DNA of 64,000 nt, from assembly GCF_009914755.1 (NCBI RefSeq), contig NC_060938.1. One strand, 5' to 3'. Both the position numbers and the translations under genes were made by a program. This DNA comes from the human T2T-CHM13v2.0 reference genome, Homo sapiens. The notes below the pieces were generated by a model that saw only the letters and a program-made list of their open reading frames with translations, had not been told where the DNA came from and searched no databases. Below, piece after piece: positions 16,144-30,492 of this stretch; within the stretch, counting starts at the first letter, position 1; every line of letters begins with the position of its first letter.

Positions 16144-17635
16144 ATATATCCACAGACCCAAGCAGCTCAACCCATCCCAGGAAGAATAATCATAAATCAA
16201 ATCACACCAAAGAAGATCACACTCAAATTGCTAAAAATCAGTAATGAAGAGAAAATATAATGTGTTGTTTCAAAAGGCATATTATATACAGAGAAAGACT
16301 TTCAATAAGAAGTCTTTCCAAGACTTCCAAAACAAACTTTAGAAACCAGAAGACAATAAAATAATATCATTAAAGTGCTTAAAACAAAAATTTAAAAAAC
16401 GATCAACCTAGAAATTTATATTCAAAGAAAAATCTTTTAGAAAAAAAGGAAAAATAAAGACATTTTATTTCCAAAAAACAAAAGTTGATGAACTTCATTG
16501 CCAGCAGACATGCACTATAAGAAATGTCAAAGGAAGTTTCTTAGGCTAAAGGAGAAGAACACTATTGAGAAATTTAGATCTACAGAAAAGAATAAAGAGC
16601 ATCTGAAATAAGTATGTGGGAATATATAGATATATATTTCTCATTTTTAATCATGTCAAAAGATAACTGACTGTTACAAACCAAAATAATAGCAATGTGA
16701 AGTTTATAACATTTGTAAATGTAAAATGTATAACAATAGCACAGGAGATAGGAAGAAGTAAAAGGAAGTATACTGTTATAAGGTTCTTTATATGAAGTGG
16801 CATAACAATATTTGAAGGTTGACTACACTAAGATAAGGATTCACATTGTAAACCCTAGAGCAACCATGAGAAAATAAAACAAAGCATCATAAGGCGATTA
16901 TAAATAAAAAGTCATCAAAAATATTCAAATCAAATGAGGGCAGGAAAAGAGGAAAAAGGAAACAAAAAACAAGCGGGACAAATTTTTAAAAATTACAAAT
17001 TAGTAGATTTAGACCCATCATATTAACCACTGAATTAAATTTAAATGATCTAAATAGTCATATTAAAAGGCAGAGATTGCTAGATTGGATAAAAATGGAA
17101 GGAGCCAATTACATGCTGATTATAAGAAATCTAGTTTAAATATAAAGACATAAATAGGTTAAGGCAGAACTATGAAAAAAGATATACCAGGAAAACAGTG
17201 ATGTGATTACATCAATATCAGATAAAGTACATTTAACACAATAAATATTTCTAGGGATAAAAAGAAGTATTCTTTTTTTAAGTGGTCAATCCGTCAAGAA
17301 GATATAACAAATATAAATGTTTATGCACCTAACATCAGGGTTTCAAAATATGTAAAACTAAAAGGAAAAATCCATAAATAAAGTTGAAGATTTCCACATA
17401 CTCCACTATCAGTAATAAATGGAACACAAAAAATAAATAAAAATTGTAAGATTTGAACAACATAATCAACTTGACTAAACTGACAATTTAGAACACGTCA
17501 CTCAATAACCATATAATAAACATTTTGTCAAGTACAAACGGAATATTCACCAATATAAACCATATTTTCTGCTATAAAACAATCATGAATAAATTTGAAA
17601 AGATTATTAAATTTATTTTCTCACCAAAATGTTTC

Positions 17636-17746
17636 TTTTTTAGAAATGGTGTGTTGCTATGTTGCCCAAGCTGGTCTCAAAACTCCTGGCCTGAAGGAAT
17701 CTCCCCACATCATCCTCAGAGTAGCTGAGATTGTAGGCACAAGCCT
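17636..17746 (-). mobile_element. Alu monomer (FLAM-like)
   Basis: gctatgttgcccaagctggtctcaaaactcctggcct...gtagctgagattgtaggc. Confidence 0.7.
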
Positions 17747-18636
17747 ACAATCTGTAGCTAACTACACTAACTGAAAGTGAAATTAAACTAGAAATTAATT
17801 AAAGGACAATATCTAGAATGTCACCAAATATTCATAAATTTACAATAACACTACTAATTAATATGGGTCAATGAAGAAAAAAATCAAGGGAAATTAAAAC
17901 ATATTTTGGATTGAATGAAAATGAAAACACAACATATTTCTAATTCAAAGCAATAATTACTTATATCAGAAGGGAGAAATAAAGGCCTCAAATCAATAAT
18001 CTAAGCTTCCACATAAGAAAAAGAAGTACAAATTAAACAAAATTAAGCAGAATGAAGGAAAGGCAACACAGCAGGAATCAAACACAAAACAAGAAATAGA
18101 GCAAATCAATGATATCAAAAGTCAATCTCATTAAAAAGATGAATAAATTTGATAAACCTCTAGCACATCAAGTGTGGAAAGAAAGAGAATATATGAACTG
18201 TCAGTATCAGAAATGAGAGAGGAACATTATTACAAATCCTACATTCAAATGACAATGTATTCTTTTTAAAAAAATGGTAAATTTAATAATTTAGATGAAA
18301 TGAAATAACGAGCAATTTGATAAAAATTACCAAACTGATATTAAAAGAAATTAATAACCATATATATCAATTAAAGAAATTTATTTTGTAATTTAAAATC
18401 TTCCCACAAATAATCTTCAGGACCAGATGGCTTCAACTGGTGAACTCTACCAAACACTTAAGGGAAAAAATACCAGTTCTGCACAAATATATACAGGAAA
18501 AAAAGAGAGAGAGAAAATACGTCCAACTCATTTTATGAGACCAGCATTTTTATAATACCAAAATCAGACAAAATTATTACACAAAAGAGAAACTACAGGC
18601 CAATATCATCCTCATGAACATAAATGTTAATATTCC

Positions 18637-19268
18637 TATTTTCCTTCTTTCCTATTTTCCATCTATATATCTATCTAAGTGATAATAGGAGAAAAATGCC
18701 TGGTATCAATCTTTATTTCTATAGTATAAAATTATCTATAAAGATAGGTTTTTGGGTGACCGAAGCACAGGATATTACTGAACAACTGGGACTGGGTCAG
18801 GAAATAGGGAGGAAGAGTCCAGCAGTTTTGCCAGAATTCAAAATTTTGTTGCCTTTAGAAGAGGAAGTAGGAGATTCCTAGAAGCCAACTTTATGTTTCA
18901 CAGATATAGAAGTCAACTAGGACTTTTTAAATAGTTGGGTTTTACTTGTGGCTTCTAACCCTGAGGGTGGTTCCAGTTGCTCAGGACCTAAAGGATCAGG
19001 TGCAAAAGCCAGCCATAGAAAGCTCCAGGATTCAAAAAACATGATTTTGAGCTGGGTGCTGGGGATACATAGACTGCAACCGAATTCTTGTCTTGAGGAG
19101 CATGTAATACAGCAGGAGGCTGCATGGCCCTGCAAGGTTGGTTAAAGGCACAATTATGGAGAAGAGACTCAGGGTAGCTACATTCAACAAGTAGAGCAGC
19201 AATTACAGAAGCAGGACACTCAGAGGCAATGTGCTTTTAGCTTTTGTAGGACCTACCCTCAGACATGC
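18637..19268. other. Unidentified 632-bp insertion in the old L1 ORF2
   Basis: Flanked by cataaatgttaatattcc (18619-18636) and catagatattaatattcc (19269-19286); L1 ORF2 resumes seamlessly on both sides. Confidence 0.75.
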
Positions 19269-22200
19269 CATAGATATTAATATTCCAAAACAAAATTAAG
19301 CAAACCTATTCCACAAATCCATAGGAAAGATAAAATACCATAATCATTTTAAGATTTATGCTAGGAATGCAAAATTAGTTTAATATTTGAAAATCAATTA
19401 ATGTAATCCACCACACTAACAAACTAAGAAGAAAAATAACATATTCATTTCCATAGGTGAAGAAAAAGCATTTGTCAAAATGTAATAACCATTCATGAAA
19501 AACATTCTTACAAACTAGTAACAGAAGAGAATGTCCTCATTCTGATGTAAACAGCATCATATCATGTGGCATGTAAAAACCTACAGCTCACATCGTACTT
19601 AATGGTTAAAGACCACATTAATTTGTCTGAAGTTTAGAAACAGGGCAAGATGCTCTCACCCCTTCTATTCAACATTATACTGAAGGTTATAGACAGTGCA
19701 ATCAGGAAAGAAAAAGAAATAAACAGCATATAGATTAGGAAGTAAGACAAAAAACTGTTTTTATTTACAAATGATGTGATCATCTATGTCAAAAATTCTA
19801 AGTAATTCACTTAAAGAAAAAAAGCTACTAGAATAAGTGTTTAGTAAGGTCCCAAGATTCAAGATCAGTCAGTAAAAATCAATTGTATTTCTATATTCTA
19901 ACAACAAAAGCCTTAGAATTTAAAATTTTAAAAAGCAATACCATCTGTAATAACATCAAAACTATGAAATATTTAGAAATAAATTTAACAAAATATGTGC
20001 AAGATCTCTACACTGAAAATACAGATGAGAGAAATAAAGACCTAAATAAATGGAGAGAGATAGAATATTCTTCTAATACTTTACATTGTTCAGATGTTAT
20101 TGTTCCCCAAATTGACCAATAGATTCAAAACAGCACCAATCAAAATTGAAATATACTTTTTTGGCAGAAATTGACAAGCTATAAAAGTGAATAGCCAGAA
20201 AGAAATGATTTTTAAAAAAGATGAACTTAGGAGACCAACACTACCTGATTACAACAGCTGCAATAAAGCTATAGTAATCAAGGCAGTGTGGTACTGGCAT
20301 GAGGAAAAACACATAGGTCAAAGAAACAAAATAGAGAGCTCAGAAATAGGTTTACATATATATACCTAATTAGTTTTAACAGAAAAAGGTGCCAAGGTAA
20401 TACAACGGAACAAGAAAGTCTTTTCAGCAAATAGCTACATAAAAAGAAAAATCAATCTCAACCGTTACCCCATACCATCTATAAAAATTAACTCAAAATG
20501 AATTATACACCTGGATCTAAAAGTAAAAACCTGCAAAATTTACAGAAGAAACCCTCAAACATCTTCATAAAGGTAGATAAAGATTTTTTCAATGATGAAA
20601 TTGATAAATCATTAAAAAACTGATAAATTACAGTTTATCAAACTAAAAATTTTTGCTCTTTCAAAGTCACTTTTAAGAGATGCAAAGACAAGACATAGAT
20701 TGGAAGAAATTATTTTCAAAACATCTCTGATAAAGGGCTTGTATTCCGATAAGAAAAAAGGTATTCCAATTCAACAGTAAGAATCAAACAATCTGATAAA
20801 AATTGACAAAAAGATTTGATCAGACACTTCAACATATATATATGGAAAAAAGACACTCAATATTACTATTCATTAGGAAAATGCAAATTATATATATAAT
20901 GAGATATAACTACATACCCAGTAGAATGTCTAAAATTAAAAAGATTGACCATACAAAGTTTCAGCCTGCCTATGGAGCAAATGAAACTCTTTAATATTGC
21001 TGGTGAGAGTGCAAAATGGCACATTCACTTGGAAAAGAATTAGGCAGTTTCTTATAAAGTTACACATACAATAACCACATAACCCAGCAAACCAGCTAAT
21101 AGGTACTGACCCAAGGGGGAAAAATAGTTAATTAAAAATACTTTCTTCTTTTTTAAGACCTCATAGCCTGCCATTCCTTTTTAAAATAAAAGGGTAAGTA
21201 GCTTTAGATATAAATACTGAAATAATTAAAAATCAAATTAATTTATGTCTGGGGTTTGCTTTAAAATAACCCAGGATAAGAAAATTGATAGAAAATTGCC
21301 CATGGATTTAATATTGTTTTAACTAAGATGTACATGGGAGTTTGTTATTCTATTCTCTCCTGTCTGTGTTTTTTGAAAAGAAAAAGGAGCTCAGGGAACA
21401 AATTTCTAAATTATCTCCTCTTTAACCTAAAAACCAAAATAATGCCAACAAAGCTATTCTTGATCTTTGAGCAGCAAATGCCAAGGATGATAAATATTGA
21501 AGAAGTATTACTATTAGTTTGTTTCAGTTGAATTTCCTTCCTTCTCAACCTCTTGAAATGAGTGAATACATTCAGTAGAACTAGCTGAGGCTTAAAAATT
21601 TCAGAAATTATATCCATTCACCTTCACTTTTTATCTTTACTCTAAAATAATAACAGCCACGATAGCAGAAGAAATATTTTGATGTTAATGTGGGCATGAT
21701 CCTCTTGCAGAATAACAACAAATTTTCTGTGTAGAGTATCATGTAAACTGGCTCTGACTGGCATTAGCTATTTCATCACAGAAAAGTAGACCAGCATAGC
21801 ACATTCAAGATTCAAATTCTGGAAACATTAGGTCAAAAGGTCCCAGCATACATGACCACAATCCTACCAATATAGACAGGAGCAGCTACAAACAGAAGCT
21901 GGTCCAGTGAGGCTTTTTTCGCTCAACCTGCTGAATTGCAAATCACCTCTGTCAAGCACACACATTCCTTAAGTTGGTGCCACATTCTGTATACTAACAT
22001 ACTAAGTACCAGGAATTCCAGAAGGCACTTCCTTTTAGCAAAATCTCAACTAAAGTTGATGCAGTTTACATGGAAGTGGAAGTAGATATATATGCATAAT
22101 CTAGAAGATGCTGATGAGGTATTGTAAGCCTTTAAATGTCTTGCTAAAGAGTCTAGAACTAACTTTGAATATGAATAATTGATAATAATTGTTATCAACT

Positions 22201-24282
22201 AATATTTTTAACTGGCATGTCCCCAAGATACTTCATTTGACCATTTTAATTAAGCAATATATTTAAGTGCCACAAGGTGGAGTGGGAGCAAGGTGGCAGA
22301 ATAGAAGGCTCCACTAATCATCCACTCCACCGCCACCCAGGACACCAATTTAACAACTATCTACACACAAAAAGCACCTTCATAAGAATCAAAAATCAGG
22401 TGAGCATTCACAATATCTGGTTTTAAAGTCATATCACTGAAAGATGTATGGAAGAGGTACAAAAAAACAGTCTTGAATTGATGATACCACCCCTCACCCA
22501 TCCCCCAGCAGTGGCAGTGTGGTGCAGAGAGCATTTTGGCATGCTTGGGAGAGGGAGATCAAAGGATTTCTGAGGCATTGAACTCAGTGATGCCCTATTA
22601 TAACAGAAAACAAGACCACACCAAACTCTGCTGACACCTGCCCAAAGAGGGAGCATTTAAACTAGCCCTAACCAGAGGAGAATCACTGATCTCAGTGGTC
22701 TGAACTTGAGTTCCCATAAGCCTTGCCACTGCAAGCAAAAGTGCTCTGGGGCTCTAACTAAACTTAAAACACAGTCTAGGTTGCAAAGAATGCAACTCCT
22801 AGATGAGTCCTAGTGCTGAACTGGGCCCCTGCCAGTGGACTGGGGTAGGGGGGATATGACCTACTGAGACAGAAGCCAGCATATTTAAGGGAGTCCTGGC
22901 ATCACCCCTCCCCTAACCTCAGGCTGTACAGCTCACAGCTCCAAAAGACACTCCTTCCCTCCACTCGAGGAGAGGAGAGGGCAGAGTGAGGACTTTGTCT
23001 TACATCTTGGATACCAGTTCAGCCAGAGCAGGATAGAGCAATAATCAGAGTTATGAGGCACCCCCTTTTCCAGGCCCTAGATCCTGGAAGACATTTCTAG
23101 ACACACTTAAGGCCAAAAGGAAATCTGCTGCCTTAAAGGGAAGAACCCAGTCCTGACAGGATTAATTACCTACTAACCATCAGCAATACCCAGGTACTAC
23201 ATTGAGGACCCTGGGTGAGACTCTGATACTCACTGCATTCAGATGAGACTCAGCACATTCCCAGCTGTGGTGTTTATGGGGCAAGACTCTTTCTACTTAA
23301 GAAAAGCAGAGGGAAAAGCAAAGGGGACTTGGTATTGCACACTACATACGAGCCCAGCCATAGTGGGGGTAGAGCAGTAAGTGGGCTCTTCGGTTCTCCG
23401 ATTCCAAGTCTTGGCTCTTGGACAGCATTTTTAGACCCACCCTGGGCCAGAGTAGAGCCCATTGCCCTGAAGGGTGAGTGCCAGGCCAGGAAGCATTCAC
23501 CACAATTCAGCTTCAGTCAGGAAGCTGACTGAAGAGTCCTTGGGCTTTAAGGAAATACTGTTGGTAGTCTGGCAGTACTTCCTGTGGGCCTATTGTAGCG
23601 GGGGCAATGGGGTGAGGTCCCTCTGCCTCTGCAAATGGAAGGGAAGAGTGGTAAAAACTCCACCTTGTGGCTTGAGTGTCAACTCAGCCATAGGACAATA
23701 GAACACCAGGTAGACTTCCAAGGTTTTTGATTCTAGTCCTTGATTCCTGGATGGCACCTCTGGACATGCCCAGGGCCTGGGAGAACTCACCAACATAAAG
23801 GGAAGGACATAAGCCAGGCTTCCCTTGCCACTTGCTGATTGTAGAGCCTCAGGGCCTTGACCAAGTATAGGTCATAGGCAGGGAGTGGTTACAGCAGGCC
23901 TTGGGTGAGTCCCAGTGCTGTTCTGGCTTCAGGTTTGACCCAGCGCAGTCCTAATGGTGGTGGACACAGGGTGTGCTTTGTCATACCACCAGCACCTCCA
24001 GATGGCTCAGAACAGAAAAAGAGACTCTGTTCATTCAGAAGAAAAGAACAGTCTCTGCCTGGTAATCTAGAGAATTCTTTTGGATCTTGTCCAAGACTAT
24101 CAAGGCAGTACGTCTATGAGTCTGCAAGAACCACAGCATTAATGAGATTGGGGTGCCCTCTAAAGCAGATACAGCTTATATCACAAGACCTAAGTCCTTT
24201 CGAATATCGGGAAAGCCTTCCCATGAAGGACAAGCAAAACAAGTCCAGACTGAGAAGACAACAATAAATAACTAGGTCTTCA

Positions 24283-25050
24283 ATGCTCAGACACCAAAGA
24301 ATATCTTTAAGCATCAACACCATCCAAGAAACTATAATCTCTCCAAATGAACTAAGTAAGTCACCAGGGACCAATCCTGGAGAAACGGAGATACATGACC
24401 TTTCAGATAGAGAATTCAAAATAGCTGTGTTGAGGACACTCAAAGAAATTCAAGATAACACAGAGAAGGAATTCATAATTGTATCAGATAAATTTAACAA
24501 AGAGATTAAAATAATTAAAAAGAACCAAGCAGAAATTCTGGAGCTGAAAAATGCAATTGGCATACAGAAGAATGCATCACAGTCTTTTAATAGCAGAAAT
24601 GGTCGAGAGGAAGAAATAATTAGTGAGCTTGAAAACAGGCTATTTGAAAATACACAGAGGAGACAAAACAAAAGAATAAAAAACAATAAAGCATGCCTGC
24701 AGGATCTAGAATATAGGCTTAAAAGGGCAAATCTAAGAGTTATTGGCCTTAAAGAGGAGGTAGAGAAAGCAATAGGGGTAGAAAGTTTATTCAAAGGGAT
24801 AATAACAGAGAACTTCCCAAACCTAGAACAAGATATCAATATCCAAGTACAAGAAGGTTATGGAACACCAAGTAGATTTAATCCAAAGAAGACTACCTCA
24901 AGGCATTTAATAGTCAAACTCCCAAAGATCAGGGATAAAGAAAGGATCCTAAAAGCAACAAAAGAAACAAATAACATACAATGGGGATCCAGTATATCCG
25001 GCAGCAGATTTTTCAGGAGAAATCTTATAGGCCATGAGAGAGTGGCATGA
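24283..25050 (+). pseudogene. L1MA ORF1p remnant (255-aa open frame)
   Basis: DLSDREFKIAVL, RANLRVIGLKEE, IITENFPNLE, RHLIVKLPK; leaves frame near 24960. Confidence 0.9.
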
Positions 25051-25324
25051 CATATTTAAAGTTATGAAGGAAAAAGAATTTTACCCTAGAATAGCATATC
25101 TGGCAAAAATATCCTTCAAATATGGAGAAATAAAGACTTTCTGAGACCAAAAAAGAAAAAGTTGAGGGATTTCATCAACATCAGGCCTGTCCTACAAGAA
25201 ATTCTAAAGGAAATGCTTCAATTAGAAAGAAAAGAATGTTAATGATCAATAAGAAATCATCTGAAGTTACAAAACTCACTGGTAATAGGTAGACAGAAGA
25301 ACACCGAATATTATAATACTGTAA

Positions 25325-25629
<305 letters not shown>

Positions 25630-28449
25630 CCCACTCTTAAGTAAAAAGACTAACCAAGGAACCAGTAAAAAATAATAACTATAATTTTTCAAGACATAAA
25701 CGGTACAATAAGATATAAATGGAAACAACAAAATGTTAACAAGTTGGGGCACAAAGTTAAGGCATATGGTTTTATTAGTTTTCCCCTTGCTTGGTTGGTT
25801 GTTTGCTTATACAAAGAGTGTTAAGTCATTATCAGCTTAAAATAACGGGTTATAAGATAGTATTTTCAAGCCTCATGGTGACCTCAAACCATAAAACATA
25901 CAACAAATACACAAAAAATAAACAGCAAGAAGCTAAGCCATATCACCAGAGAAAATCACCTTCACTATAAGGAAGACAGGAAGTAAAATAAAAAGAAAAG
26001 CCAACAAAACAACAGGAAAAAAAATAACAAAATGATAAGAGTAAGTCCTTACTAAAAAATAATAACATTGAATGTAAATGGACTAAATTTTTCAATCAAA
26101 AGGCATAGACTAGCTGAATGGATTTTAAAAAGACCCCAAAATCTGTTGCCTATCAGAAACACATTTTACCCATGAAGACATCCATAGACTGAAAATGAAG
26201 GGATAGAAAAACATATTTCATGACAAGAAAAACCAAGAAAGACCAGGAATACTTGTATCAGACAAAATAAATTTAAAGACAAAAACTGTAAGAAGAGACA
26301 AAAAGGTCACTGTATAATGATAAACGGGTCAATTCAGCAAGAGGTTATAATTTTAAATATATATGTCCCCAACACTAGAGAACCCAGCTATATAAAGCAA
26401 ATATTATTAGAGCTATAAAGAGAGATAAGTCCCAATACATACATAGCTGGAGACTTCAACAACCTACTTTCAGCATTGAACAGATAGATCTTTCAGACTG
26501 AAAACCAACAAAGAAACATCAGACTTAATCTGCACTATAGAACAAATGGACCTAATAAATATTTACAGAACATTTCATCCCATGGCTCCATAATACACAT
26601 TCTTCTCCTCAGCACATAGATCATTCTCAAGGATAGACCATATATTAAATCATGAAGCAAGTCTTAAAACATTCAAAAAAAATTGAAGTATTATCAAGCA
26701 TCTTCTGTAACTGCAATGGAATAAAACTAGAAATCAATAGCAAGAGGAAATTTGGAAACTATACAAATACATAACAATCAAACAATATACTCCTGAATGA
26801 CCAGTGGGTTAATGAATTAATTAATAAGGAAATGGAAAAATGTCTTGAAACAAATGATAATGGAAACACAACATACCAAGACCTATGGGATACAGCAAAA
26901 GTGTACTAAAAGGAAAGTTTATAGCTATAAGTGCCTACACCAAATAAGAAGACAAACTTCAAATAAACAACCTAACAATGCACCTAAAAGAACTAGAAAA
27001 AGAAGAGAAAACCAAACTCAAAATTAGTAGAATAATAATAATCACAGCAGAAATTGAAATGAAGAAAACAATGCAAAAGATTAATGAATCAAAAAGTTTT
27101 TTCAAGAGTTAAACAAAATTGGCCAACCTTTAGCCTGACTGAAAAAAAAGAGAGAGAGAGAGAAGATCCAAATAAATAAAATCAGAAATGAAAAAGGAGA
27201 CATTACAATGGATACTCTAGAAATTCAAAGGATCATTAGTGGCTACTATGAGCAACTATATGCCAATAAATTGGAAAACCCAGAAGAAATGTACAAATTC
27301 CTAGACACATACAACCTACCAAGATTGAACCATGAAGAAATCCAAAACCTGAATAGACCAATAATAAGTAATGAGATCAAAGCCATAATAAAAAGTCTCC
27401 TGGTAAAGAAAAGCCCAGGACTCAATGGCTTCACTGCTAAATTCTATCATACATTTAAGAAAGAACCCATACCAGTCTAACTCAAACTATTCCAAAAAGT
27501 AGAGTAGGAAGGAATACTTCCAAACTGATCATACAAGGGCAGTATTACCCTGATACGAAAACCATACAAAGACTCATCAAAAAAATAGAAAATTACAGGC
27601 CAGTATCAATGATGAATAATGATGCAAAAATCCCCAACAAAATACTAGCAAACCAAAATCCATAACTCCATAAAAGGGCCATTCATCATGACCAAGTTGG
27701 ATTTACCCCATTATGCAAGGAAGGTTCAACATACACAAATCAATCAATGTGATACATCATATCAACAGAATGAAGAATAAAAGCCATATGATCATTTAAA
27801 TTGATACTGAAAAAGCATTTGATAAAATTAAACATCTCCTCATGATAAAAAAAAAAACTCAAAATACTGGGCATAGAAGGAACATACCTCAACATAATAA
27901 AAGCCCTATATAACAGACCCACAGCTAGTATCATACTAAATGGAGAAAAACTGAAAGCCTTTCCTCTAAGATCTGAAACAGGAAAAGGATGCCCACTTTT
28001 ACCACTGCATAGTACTGGAAGTCCTAGCTAGAGCAATCAGACAAGAGAAAGAAGGAAAGGGCACCCAAATTGGAGTGGAAGAAATCAAATTATCCTTGTT
28101 TGCAGATGATATGTTCTTGTATTTGGAAAAACCTAAAGACTCCACAACCAAAAAACTATTAGAACTGATAAAGTCAGTAAAGTTGCAGGCTACAAAATCA
28201 ACATACAAAAATCAGTAGCATTTCTACATACCAACAGGTAACTATATGAAAAAAAAAATCAAGAAAGTAATCCCATTTTTAATCACTACACATAAAATAA
28301 GATACCTAGGACTAAAATTAAAGAAGTCAAAGATCTCTACAATAAAAACTATAAAACTCTGATGCAAGAAATTGAGGAGGACACCAAAGAAAGGAAATAT
28401 ATTCCATGTTCATGGATTTGAAGAATCAATATTGTTAAAATGTCCATAC

Positions 28450-28964
28450 TGTTAGATGCATCCATGTGAAGAGACCACCAAACAGGCTTTGTGTGAGCAA
28501 TGAGGCTGTTTATTCACTTGGGTGCAAGTGGGCTGAGTCCAAGAAAGGAGTCAGCAAAGGGAAATAGGGATGGGGCAGTTTTATAGGATTTGGGTGGGTA
28601 GTGGAAAATTAGTTATAGGTGGTTATCTCTTGTGGGCAGGGGCGGGGGTCATAAGGTGCAGGGTGGGGAGATGATGAGACTCATTGTCCAGGGGAGGGAT
28701 GTCACAAGGTCAATTGATTAGTTAGGGTGGGGCAGGAACAAATCACAATGGTGGAATGTCATCAGTTAAGGCAGGAACTTCTTTTGTGGTTCTTCTTTTG
28801 TGGTTCTTCAGTTGCTTCTTTTGTGGTTCTTCTTTTGTGGTTCACTTCTTTTGTGGTTCTTCAGTTGCTTCAGGCCATCTGGATGTATATATGCAGGTCA
28901 CAGGGGTTATGATGGCTTAGCTTGGCCATCATATGTGTTAGAGGTATGTGTTAGAGGCCTGACA
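28450..28964 (-). mobile_element. Solo HERV-H LTR (LTR7 family, LTR7C/7B-like)
   Basis: TG...CA termini; minus strand starts TGTCAGGCCTCT; gtgaagagaccaccaaacaggctttgtgtgagc; perfect 5-bp TSD CATAC at 28445-28449 / 28965-28969. Confidence 0.93.
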
Positions 28965-30492
28965 CATACTACCCAAAGTGATATACAGATTCATTGCAGT
29001 CTCTATCAAAATACCAATGACACTCTTCACAGAAATAGAAAAAATAATCCTAAAATTATGTGAAACCAGTAAAGACCCAGAAGAGCCAAATCTACCTTAA
29101 AGCCCCCCTCCAACAACAAAAAAAAAAAACTGGAGGAATCACTTTACCTCACTTTAAATTATACTATAAAGCTAGAGTAAACAAAACAGCATAGTACTAG
29201 TATATAAACAGATACATAGACCAATGGAACAAAATAGAGAACCCAGAAACAAATCCACACACCTACAGTGAACTCATTTTTGACAAAGGTGCCAAGAACA
29301 TACACCGGGGGAAAAAGTAGTCTCTTCATTAAATGGTGCTGAGAAAACTGGATATCCGTATGCAGAAGAAGGAAACTAGACCTTTATCTCTTGCCATATA
29401 CAAAAATCAAATAAAAATGGATTAAAAATTAAGCCTAAGACCTCAAACTATAAAACTACTACAAGAAAACAGTGGAGAAAGTCTCCAAGACATTGGAGTG
29501 AAAAATTTATTCAGTAATATTTCACAAGCACAGACAACCAAAGCAAAAAAATGGGCAAATGGGATCACATCAAGTTAAAAGCTTCTGCACAGCAAAGGAA
29601 ACAACAAAGTGAAGACAAAACCTAAAGAATGGGAGAAAATATTAGCAAACTACCCTTCTGACAAGGGATTAATAACCAGAATACATAAGGAGCTCAAATA
29701 ACTCCATAGGAAAACATCTAATAATCCCATCAAAAAATGGGCAAAAGATTTGAATAGATATTTCTCAAAAGAAGACATACAAATGGTAAACAGGCATATG
29801 AAAAGGTTCTCAACATCACTGATCATCAGAGAAATGCAAATAAAAACTACAATGAGATATTATCTCACCCCTGTTAAAATGGCTTTTATCCATAAGGCAG
29901 GCAATAACAATTGCTGGCAAGCATGTGGAGAAAAGGGAACCCTCATACACTTGATGTACAAATGGTAGTGGTAATGGAAATTAGTATAACCACTATGGAG
30001 AACAGTTTGGAGGTTGCTCAATAAACTAAAAATATAGTTACCATGTGATCCAGCAATCCTACTGCTGGGTATGGGCCCAAAAGAAAGGAAATCAGTATAT
30101 GGAAGAGATAATCTGCAGTCCTAAGTTTGTTGCAGCACTCTTCACAATATCCAAGACTTGGAAGCAACCTAAAATGTCCATCAACAGATGAGTAGATAAA
30201 GAACATGTGGTATGTATGCACAATGGAGAACTAGTGAGCCATAAAAGATAATGAAATCCTGTTATTTGCAACAACATGGATAGAACGGGAGGTCATTATG
30301 CTAAGTGACATATGCCAGGCACAGAAAGACAAACACCACATGTCCTTACTTATTTGTAGGGAAAAATCAAAACAATTGAGCTCATGGAGATAGAGAGCAG
30401 AAGGATGGTTACCAGAGGCTGGGAAAAGCAGTGTGAACATACAGTGGAGGAGGGGATGGTTAATGGGTACAGAAAAATAGAAAGAATGAATA

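Larger units (their letters stand above)
15050..21125 (+). mobile_element. Old, near-complete L1M (L1MC/MD/ME-type) with nested insertions
   Basis: Degenerate ORF1 (15200-16600) and ORF2 (17030-21100): aatgtttatgcacctaac, ccaggaccagatggcttc, AIVIKAVWYWH. Confidence 0.8.

Noticed and set aside
28778-28870. Short repeat-spacer pattern resembling a CRISPR array
   Set aside because: 14-bp units mostly abut each other, have no unique spacers, and lie inside a primate ERV LTR; no cas genes.
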